DNA from: Nostoc punctiforme PCC 73102
GTDB taxonomy: Bacteria; Cyanobacteriota; Cyanobacteriia; Cyanobacteriales; Nostocaceae
Assembly: GCF_000020025.1 (NCBI RefSeq)
Contig: NC_010628.1
Coordinates: forward strand, 690,001-722,000
Direction of reading: 5' to 3'
Length of the DNA stretch: 32,000 nucleotides
A program made the position numbers and the translations under genes. Positions 17,415 to 25,345 of this stretch are shown piece after piece. The notes under the pieces are model-generated. The model was not told the DNA's origin and searched no databases. It saw only the letters and a program-made list of their open reading frames with translations. The stretch's first letter is position 1, and the number at the start of each line of letters is the position of its first letter.

Positions 17415-17524
17415 TCCCAGTCTAGACAACGAATAGCAGTTGTTTGAGGAGCAATTTCAACAGTTTCTACTGTCAAACGTCCTGGGTTGGGAGTAACTTG
17501 AGTGGGCTGTATGAGTGCAACCAT

Positions 17525-17744
17525 TTGTTTTCTCCAAAAAGATTGTTATCTGAAGCGAGCGTTATGTCTCTTATATTTACCTGAAATACTCAATTAGTAA
17601 AATGCCAATTTCTAAAGCTAATCATCAGAAAGTTTTATTCATTATTTAGATTGATTTACCATTGAATTGCTCAATGTTTATCATTACTTTTATCTTCAAT
17701 AATGAATGTGAGAAGATGTAAATAATCAGTTAGAATGATTTCGC
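17525..17744. promoter_or_regulatory. divergent AT-rich intergenic region upstream of flv4 and of the PLP-enzyme gene
   Basis: 220 bp between divergent start codons. It is presumably the flv4 operon promoter and 5' UTR. I recognised no defined operator. Confidence 0.3.
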
Positions 17745-18719
17745 ATGTCTGTAATATTTTTTCCACCTCCCATACAACAAATCAACAGCGAAATCATCCG
17801 TAGCGCTGGTGTTGATCTGTATGTACTACGCCTGGATCTCATGCACCCGTGGGTTAACGGCAATAAGTGGTTCAAGCTGAAATACAATCTTTTGGAGGCC
17901 AAGGAGAAAAATTTCACAACGCTGCTTACTTTTGGCGGCGCTTATTCCAATCACATCTATGCAACTGCGGCGGCTGGTAATCTTTTCGGTTTTCGTACCA
18001 TCGGCGTAATTCGTGGGGAGGAGAGACTACCATTAAACCCGACGCTGAATTTTGCTGTACAACAGGGTATGCAGCTTGTGTATACGAACCGCGAAATGTA
18101 TCGACAGCGCAACACACCAGTGGTAGAGGAATATCTGCAACAACGCTTCGGTGAAGTGTTTATCATTCCCGAAGGCGGGAGTAATTTAAATGGTGTGCGC
18201 GGCTGTATGGAGATCATTGGTGATGCGATGTCTACGGCGGTCACTGAACGCAGTCGAAGTGCTGGCTACGCCTACGCATTTGATCGTATATGCGTAGCCT
18301 GCGGTACAGCTACCACACTTACTGGGATTGCGCTTTCATTGCATCAAGGACAAAGAGCGATCGCTTTTCCCGTTCTGAAAAATGGCTCATTTCTTGCACA
18401 AGAAATCGAAAGTCTGCTGACAAATTACCTCGCCTCTGATTTACCCACACCATCTAACTCCCCTGCTTTTTGGGAATTGGTATGTGATTACCACTTTGGC
18501 GGCTATGCAAAGGTGAACAAGGAGTTATTATTGTTCAGCCAACAGTTCAGGGAGGAACATGGCATACCTCTTGATTACGTATATACCGCCAAAATGTTTT
18601 ACGGTGTGATGGATTTACTAAAACAGGGATTTTTTAGTAAAGGCGATTCGTTGCTGCTGGTACACACAGGAGGCTTACAGGGCAATGTCGGCATGGAAGA
18701 AAGGTTTCAAAGAATGTAG
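17745..18719 (+). CDS. 1-aminocyclopropane-1-carboxylate deaminase / D-cysteine desulfhydrase family PLP-dependent enzyme
   Basis: 324 aa. Carries NGNKWFKLKYNL (PLP lysine region), TFGGAYSNHIYATAAAG, IPEGGSN, and GTATTLTGI. A probable 17-codon repeat-derived insertion lies at 18228-18278. Confidence 0.8.
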   Translation: MSVIFFPPPIQQINSEIIRSAGVDLYVLRLDLMHPWVNGNKWFKLKYNLLEAKEKNFTTLLTFGGAYSNHIYATAAAGNLFGFRTIGVIRGEERLPLNPTLNFAVQQGMQLVYTNREMYRQRNTPVVEEYLQQRFGEVFIIPEGGSNLNGVRGCMEIIGDAMSTAVTERSRSAGYAYAFDRICVACGTATTLTGIALSLHQGQRAIAFPVLKNGSFLAQEIESLLTNYLASDLPTPSNSPAFWELVCDYHFGGYAKVNKELLLFSQQFREEHGIPLDYVYTAKMFYGVMDLLKQGFFSKGDSLLLVHTGGLQGNVGMEERFQRM

Positions 18720-20000
18720 AATGTTATTCAGAAATAAAGTTGAGTAGCTTAAACTGAACTTTCTCCCTGCAAATGTACTACACAACCCTTAAATTTCTGA
18801 TGTATAACTGATGCATATTGTTTACTAGCATCGGCTTAATTAATCATCTATATCAGGAAAGATTTATGGTCATAGATTTATTAGGGAAAGCAATCCAGGC
18901 AATTGCTGGTGCGGGAGTTCCTTCTATAAAAAATAAGCTTGAGCGTAGTGAGATTGTAAGCAAATTATTAAAACAACTTGATCTTTACCCTGAGCATCCA
19001 CCTGCTGATTTTTCTGGTGTATATGTCTATACTGTTGTACAGTACGGGGTTGGAAAACCACATGAAATTTTGGAATTATTTCGGCAGGAAGAAATCAAGC
19101 AGGCTTTCCGTGAAGCATTTGAACAAAATGACCCTTTAATCTTCATCAAAAAAGGTCAAGATTTTATAGATGGGTATGCCTTGGGTGATGAAATCAAAAA
19201 ACTTGGTATTGACCCGCTTCCAGAATATGCTGCTTTTGCTATGGCTTTTATTGAGGTTGCCAATAGCACACGCAAACCATCAGAAGTTTTAAGAGATCGA
19301 AAGCTTGAGACTATAAATCAAAATATATCAATTATTCAAGAGCAGTTATCTAGACTAAAAGAACCAAAGGAAATTCTACTTGAGTTAGCTATACAGTCAC
19401 GAACTTATCAAGAACTTCAGCCAGCAGATGAGTCAAAAAATGAAAGAATTGGGATATTTATATTAGCACAGCAAATGAGTGGGTGGTTTGAAACTCTAGG
19501 ATATAAGTTTGATAGACATAAGGTAGAAGAAGAGAAATTTTTCGAGTGGATCATTAATATTCCAGCACGGCGAGGATACGACCGCATCTTTGTGCGTGGT
19601 GTTGAGCGTGAAGGAGGGTTAAGTGATGTTCAATCTTTACGAAAAGCTGTGATGAGCATAAGACAAAAGAAGCTTGGCTAGTCGCTGCTCGCAGGATTAG
19701 TCCAGCAGCTCGCAATGAAGTGAAAAAGGAAGAAAATCAAGATATCTTCTGCTATACCTTTGACGAACTACTAGATGAACAAGCTGACTTTAGCAAATAC
19801 TTAGACTGGCTAGAAGCTGAGGTTAAGCGTAAGGGTATTGACAGAATGTATGTTCCTCTTGCTTGTATTAAAGAAGAATATGATCCTGTGACTCAAGAAA
19901 AACTGGGGGTTAGTCGATACAACGCAGATGATGGTTGGATTGAAGGCTACATTGATCACTGGCTAAACGATCGGGCTAAAGAGCATATCTCAATACTAGG

Positions 20001-21334
20001 GAGTTATGTAAAAATAAATTGAACAATTAACTGACTACTTTGGGTTTGATAATATAGTTCCACTCACCATGAAAAGAATTTCGTTCGATTGCGATAGTAT
20101 CAAGCTCTTGGTCTGTAACCTTGATTCCCGTTTTGTAGAGATTTGGATCTAATCTAGCTTCAACTTCTAATCCTTGTGTGGTGGTAGTATTGCGAATTAG
20201 ATTAATCACAACTTGCAAGCTAGTTAATGGTCTGCCTCGCCAGTTTTGGGTAATGTGACAAAACAAGCGATGCTCAATCTTATTCCATTTACTTGTGCCT
20301 GGAGGAAAATGACACACATGAATAGTTTTACCAGTATCAGTTGCTAATTCTTGTAACTTCAATTTCCACAATCGTGAGCGATAACTATTGCTACCACCGC
20401 AATCAGCCGTAATCATTATATGCTCACTGCTGGGATAAACTTGTTTACCCATTGAGTACCACCAATGACGAATAGACTCGACTGCAAACTCTGCGGTATC
20501 GTGGTCAATGCCAACATTTACCCATCCTTGATTTGAGGTTAAGTCATAAATTCCGTAGGGAATTGCCTTGCCCAACTTGGGGTCAACAAAATCATGCATT
20601 TTCACCTCAATTGGCTGTTCCTTTTCACACCACTCGGTTCCAGAATTTTTAAAATCTCCAATTAATTCTTTTTTTTTGTATCAACTGAAATTACGGGGGT
20701 TCGTTCTGGGATTGAAAGTGCAAGACTTGGTTGGAAATATGTAAAAACTGATCATCTCTATCTGGATGAGATGAGCCATCACGGGTTTTACGATTTGATT
20801 GTAAGCTGTAGCCAAGCGATTCAAGTAAGTTATAAACACTTTTAGGACTAGTCCTATGTCCCCCAATGTTTAATGCCGCAGCCAGTTTCACAACACTTTT
20901 AGAAGTCCATTTTAGAGGAGATTCTGGGTCTCCCAGTGTCACTGGTTCAATCAGCGATTCTAAATCTGATAGCAGCATTGCGTCTTTTTCTTCAAGTAGT
21001 TTACGTCCAGCACCTGACGAACGAATTCGATTACTATCATCATTCGAGGTTTTTTCCCCCGAAGCGTCTAACAATAACCGTATCCCAGCATGGATTGTAG
21101 TCCGGGATAGTCCAGTTGCGAGCGCAACCTGACTCACGCCTCCCCAGCCCAGGCTTCGGGCTTCAATTGCTGCCCAAATACGCCGTGTTTTCTCATTCAA
21201 ATAAGGCGATAACGAATCGTACTTGTCTTGAATGCTTTCTACTACCTGCTTATCAGACATATAAGCCTTTAATTCGGTTACATTCTGATCATCTTACCAT
21301 TCAGCAAATTGTTCAAGTTATTTTTACATGATGC
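20001..21334 (-). mobile_element. ISAzo13-like insertion sequence (1334 bp) inserted in the NACHT Walker A region
   Basis: About 33-bp imperfect terminal inverted repeats sharing ATGTAAAAATAA-N-TTGAACAATT. A 5-bp direct repeat CTAGG flanks the element at 19996-20000 and 21335-21339. The host reading frame is restored on in-silico excision. Confidence 0.85.
20027..21260 (-). pseudogene. ISAzo13-family DDE transposase, split by a 1-nt frameshift
   Basis: Track ORFs 20691-21260 (N-terminal HTH part) and 20027-20605 (C-terminal part). The C-terminal frame is actually open upstream as ...VISVDTKKKELIGDFKNSGTEW.... Family hallmarks are present: DTKKKE, PYGIYD, HFPPGTSKWNKIEHRLF, NWRGRPL. The frames switch at the C5 run (plus-strand G5 at 20695-20699). 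Confidence 0.8.
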
Positions 21335-23513
21335 CTAGGTGAGTTTGGCACTGGCAAAACTTGGTTGACTTTGCACTATGCTTGGACTGTTCTACAACGC
21401 TATCGTGATGCCAAAGACCGGAAAAGTGAACGACCTCGGATTCCATTGGTTATTCCTTTACGCGACTATGCTAAAGCAGTCAGTGTTGAGTCTTTGTTCT
21501 CAGAGTTCTTTTTTCGCAAGTATGAAATTCCTATTCTTGGTTACTCTGTATTTGAGCAACTCAACCGTATGGGGAAATTACTACTCATCTTTGATGGATT
21601 TGATGAAATGGCAGATCGGGTAGATAACCAAAAGATGATTAATAACTTCTGGGAGTTAGCTAGGGTTGTTGTACCTGGTTCTAAAGCAATTCTTACCTGC
21701 CGAACAGAACACTTTCCAGAAGCTAAAGATGGTCGAGCTTTACTAAATGCAGAATTAGAAGCTTCTACTTCTGCTCTCACTGGTGAACCTCCACAATTTG
21801 AGGTGCTAGAACTAGAGAAATTCAGCGATGACCAAATTCGTCAGGTGCTATCATTTCGAGCAGGAGTTTCCACTGTTGAACAGATAATGGAAAATCCCCA
21901 ACTCTTAGACTTAGCCCGTCGCCCAGTAATGACTGAACTAATCCTGGAAGCTTTACCTGATATTGAAGCAGGAAATCCAGTAGATATGTCACGTATTTAT
22001 CTCTATGCTGTACGCAACAAGATGGAGCGAGATATTAAGGCAGAGCGTACTTTTACCTCATTAGCTGATAAACTCTATTTTCTATGTGAGTTGTCGTGGG
22101 AGATGCTGTCAACTGATCAGATGAGTCTTAACTACCGACTTTTCCCCGATCGAATACGCCGTCTTTTTGGTCATGCTGTGCAGGAGGAAAAATATCTAGA
22201 CCACTGGCATTTTGATATGATGGGTCAGACTATGCTCATCCGTAATGCAGATGGTGACTATTCACCAGCGCATCGCTCCCTTTTAGAGTTTTTTGTCGCC
22301 TACAAATTTGCTGCTGAATTAGGAGTTATAGCTCCTGATTTTGCCGACTTAGCTAAAGCACAATCTCATTTAAATGAGAGTGTTTCATCTGACTATACTT
22401 GGTCATCTTATTTTCGGCGGGAATGTGATGAGAATGGCAATATTAAACCTATTCTATATCTGCAAGAGTTTATTCCTGAGAAAATAGAAGTATTAGCAGA
22501 AACTGTAGGAAAAGAAACACTAAATACAGACTTTATTAGTGAAAATATCAGCAAAGTACTAAATAGAAAACAGAATAATGCTATCTTTGAATTAATAGGA
22601 AATATGATTTCTCCCGAAAAGGAAAAAGTCAAGACTAGATTATTTACTATAATTACAGAAACCTGTGGTAAAACTTTACAAGAAGTAGGTATAGTTGGTG
22701 GTAATGTTGCCACTATTCTAGTCCAATATGACCCTATTAGTTTGAGAGGACAAAATCTAGCTGGTGCAAATTTAAGATATGCAAACTTTTCTGGAGCTAA
22801 TCTCACAGAATGCAATTTAGATAATGCTGATTTAAGCAATACTAGATTTAGTAGCAAATCTATAATGTTACACGCTACCCTACGAAATAGTAACTTAAAC
22901 CATTTGAGGCTAGGAGACCTTTTAATAGGTTGGATTTCAAAAGTACCTTTAAATAAAACACCCTCATTATTAACTAATTGGAATTCTGAGATACCAGCTA
23001 TCTTTTTTTATTACCCTCATGAGGGTAATCATTCAAATAGACCAAATTTACCTTTTAAAGTTAAACAGAACGAAATAGTTGTCGCTTATGGAGAAAATAG
23101 ATTATTAAAATGGAACTATATAATTAAATCAGTGTACATTTTAAATGAGGAAATTAATCAAGGAGTTCTTAAAATTCTTACTGTTGAAGGTGAAGATGTT
23201 TATCTTGAATTAAAAACTGGTCTAAATTTACCTGCCGATGAAGCTACAAGTGTCTTAAGGTCTTGGCGTTCTGCGGATTTTACAGGGGCTATGGGACTTG
23301 GTGAACGTGAAGTTTACATATTAAAAATATTAGGCGCTATTAGTCTACCTAATACTTCTTACAATCCCCACAATGATAAGAATCTAAACTTCGGATTAAA
23401 ACACAATGAGGGTGAATATGATTTTGAGGAATTGTTGTGAGATTAAAAGTCTGGTTTATACAAATTAAGCCTGCCTGTACAGACTTATACATTAATTTTT
23501 ATTGAACTTTACT

Positions 23514-23546
23514 AAAAAACTTTTTTATACTATAAAAAAGTTTTTT
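23514..23546. terminator. AT-only 14-bp perfect palindrome between convergent genes (possible bidirectional terminator)
   Basis: aaaaaactttttta (23514-23527), loop tacta, taaaaaagtttttt (23533-23546). The stem has a single G:C pair, so its stability and function are doubtful. Confidence 0.3.
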
Positions 23547-24204
23547 AATTGGTAGCTACGCCGATAATATGAGGACTAACAATCGGCAATTGTGCATCAA
23601 ATCGCTCATAATTAATACTAGCAAAACCAGCATTTTCTAAAGCAATCAAAGTTTCTCTATCTGGATGGCAACCGTCACCTATCACTTGCCAAGTCGGACG
23701 AATTGCGCTTTGTACTTGTCGCAATACAGTCCCTTGAGGTGCGGCAACGTGTTCAATAAATAAGAACCGTCCACCTGGTTTGAGTACTCTTAAAATTGCC
23801 TGTAATGTATAATCTATATTCGGCACCGAACACAAAACTAAGGTACTAACAACAGTATCTATGCTGTTATCTTCAGCATCTAACCATTCAGCATTACCAA
23901 TTCTGAGGTCGATATTTAAGCCTAGTTTTTTAGCTTGTTTTTGAAGATAGGAGTGCATGTGTGGGTTTGGCTCGATTCCTATCCAGTGGATATCTTTAGG
24001 GTAGTAGGGTAAGTTAGGGCCTGTTCCTGGACCGATTTCTAACACTTTACCTTGGAGATTTGCAAAAAGAGAACGTTTGCGATCGCTGACGATTTTATTA
24101 TACGTGCTGCTACTTTGAGCCATTATCCAGGCAAAGAAACGTTTACCAAAGTTGGCATTAATCTGATTTTGTGAATCTCCAATAATTTGGTTTACAGTCA
24201 TCAT
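23545..24204 (-). CDS. class I SAM-dependent methyltransferase
   Basis: 219 aa. Motif I VLEIGPGTGPN, then a downstream acidic and motif II/III pattern (IDTVVSTLVLCSV..., LKPGGRFLFIEH) typical of Methyltransf_11-type enzymes. Confidence 0.85.
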   Translation of the reverse strand: MMTVNQIIGDSQNQINANFGKRFFAWIMAQSSSTYNKIVSDRKRSLFANLQGKVLEIGPGTGPNLPYYPKDIHWIGIEPNPHMHSYLQKQAKKLGLNIDLRIGNAEWLDAEDNSIDTVVSTLVLCSVPNIDYTLQAILRVLKPGGRFLFIEHVAAPQGTVLRQVQSAIRPTWQVIGDGCHPDRETLIALENAGFASINYERFDAQLPIVSPHIIGVATN

Positions 24205-24437
24205 CTACTTCCTAAAATTTGAGGCTATAAATTATTGCACCAAGCAACTATTTATAGTCTTAAGGTACGATAATTTATGTTTCTTGTACCTCACCCATTT
24301 GATTCACCTGATTGGGTGATTTTGATTAATATACATACGTGGCGACTTACCGTAACCTACCACAGAAATAGAAAAAGTGTAGAAGCAGAAATAGAATTTG
24401 CTATATAGCAATCCTAAATTAATGAGTCGTCAATATC

Positions 24438-24478
24438 CCTGATTATTCTCTCTGCGTTCTCTGCGCCTCTGCGGTTAA
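24438..24478. repeat. partial copy of the core of the 7588-7704 MITE-like element
   Basis: cctgattattctctctgcgttctctgcgcctctgcggttaa compared with ctctgatttctccgtgccctctgtgcctctgtggtag at 7614-7650. Similarity was judged by eye. Confidence 0.5.
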
Positions 24479-24513
24479 TTTCTTTTTATAAATAATTTAT
24501 GAATACAAAAATA

Positions 24514-24541
24514 GCAAAAAGCGTTCTGCAATTGAGAACGC
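24514..24541 (-). terminator. rho-independent terminator candidate for the 86-aa gene
   Basis: Stem gcgttct / agaacgc (24521-24527 / 24535-24541) with loop gcaattg. On the minus strand it is followed by TTTTTGCTATTTTT. Confidence 0.5.
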
Positions 24542-24604
24542 TATCTTTTAGTAAATTCTGTTAAGGTAATATGAATTAGAGTTGAGAATTGCTAGTTGAT
24601 AAAA

Positions 24605-24865
24605 TTAGGCATGAAGATTTGCTTGTTCCTGTAACCAAGGATCTACAGGTTGTCCATCTTTGCGGCGTAATTCAATTTCCACTACCATCACTTCTTTTGA
24701 ACCTGGAGGTGCGGGTTTTTTATGGAAAAGAATGTCATAATCTTCTGGATTATGTTTGCGTTCTTTCAACCATTCTTGTACCTTGGTTGTGGCAAAAAAT
24801 GATTGCCCTTGCTCAAACATTCGGGTAATCTGCAATTGCAGTGTATAAGGATTTAGCCTACCCAT
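24605..24865 (-). CDS. small hypothetical protein (86 aa)
   Basis: Track ORF with ATG start and a downstream terminator-like hairpin. MGRLNPYTLQLQITRMFEQGQSFFATTKVQEWLKERKHNPEDYDILFHKKPAPPGSKEVMVVEIELRRKDGQPVDPWLQEQANLHA. No family recognised. Confidence 0.5.
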   Translation of the reverse strand: MGRLNPYTLQLQITRMFEQGQSFFATTKVQEWLKERKHNPEDYDILFHKKPAPPGSKEVMVVEIELRRKDGQPVDPWLQEQANLHA

Positions 24866-25345
24866 TTTCTACCGCCTTTGTTAAGTAAATTTTAGAACAA
24901 GTAATCTGTTTACCTTAGATAATCTAATGTTAGTGCGAAGTACGCACACCTGACACTTCACCTATAGGTGCAAATTCCAGTTTCAACACCCTAGCATCTG
25001 TAGCAACAAAGCCCGAAGGTATTTCGGTATATGGTCTAATAAAGTCTTGATACTACTGCAATCTGTCTTCCATAGGTTAATAAATTCTTATTTGTGTTGC
25101 TTTAGTTCTCGCCGTCTTTGGCAGTAGTTTGACCTTAGTAATGTTATAATAGTACTTCACAAAAAATAATGTTAAAAACTTGACTGCACCCCAGCACTAA
25201 AGTTTTACGTACACGAAGAGACGAGGGAATAGATTAGTTAAGGATTATTCAGAATTTCCCAGCATCTCTATAACATTTCACTACTTAATTCTGTTATAGA
25301 TTGGAAAGAGGCACGCCGCTTCAAAAACTGACCAACAGACTGAAA

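Larger units (their letters stand above)
14336..17524 (-). pseudogene. flv4: flavodiiron protein Flv4-type, interrupted by an IS element after codon ~37
   Basis: The 5' fragment 17524-17415 encodes MVALIQPTQVTPNPGRLTVETVEIAPQTTAIRCLDWD. The 3' fragment is open from about 15962 to 14336: (W)DRERFDVEFGLRNGTTYNSFLIQGEKVALVDTSHRKFEQLYLEILVGLIDPTKIDYLIISHTEPDHSG..., with a canonical H-x-E-x-D-H site. Removing 15963-17414 plus one TSD copy gives an uninterrupted 1731-nt (576-aa) ORF. Confidence 0.9.
18866..23440 (+). pseudogene. STAND NTPase (helical N-domain + Mrr-like restriction-endonuclease-fold domain + NACHT + pentapeptide repeats + unknown C-terminal domain), disrupted by a frameshift and an IS insertion
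   Basis: The gene appears as three track ORFs (18818-19681, 19720-20022, 21365-23440). The first two frames overlap in 19627-19681, and joining them gives ...IFVRGVEREGGLSDVQSLRKAV/DEHKTKEAWLVAARRISPAARNEV... (Mrr-like). Removing 20001-21334 plus one TSD copy joins ...KEHISILG to EFGTGKTWLTLHYAW in frame (Walker A GxxGxGKT). Walker B is LLLIFDGFDEM. Pentapeptide repeats lie at about 22741-22920. Confidence 0.8.

Noticed and set aside
20672-20680. T9 (A9 on the coding strand) run in the ISAzo13-like element as the frameshift site
   Set aside because: In the C-terminal frame it encodes the conserved D-T-K-K-K-E motif without interruption. The frame switch is at the C5 run at 20695-20699 instead.
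15963-21334. Two IS elements flanking the PLP-enzyme gene as a composite transposon
   Set aside because: The two elements belong to unrelated families with different inverted repeats. Each has its own intact target duplication within a different disrupted host gene, so these are independent insertions.
22408-22857. 149-aa minus-strand ORF inside the NACHT gene
   Set aside because: It lies in an AT-rich part of the STAND gene. Its translation is low-complexity (F/L/S/I-rich), and the plus-strand frame carries clear pentapeptide repeats.
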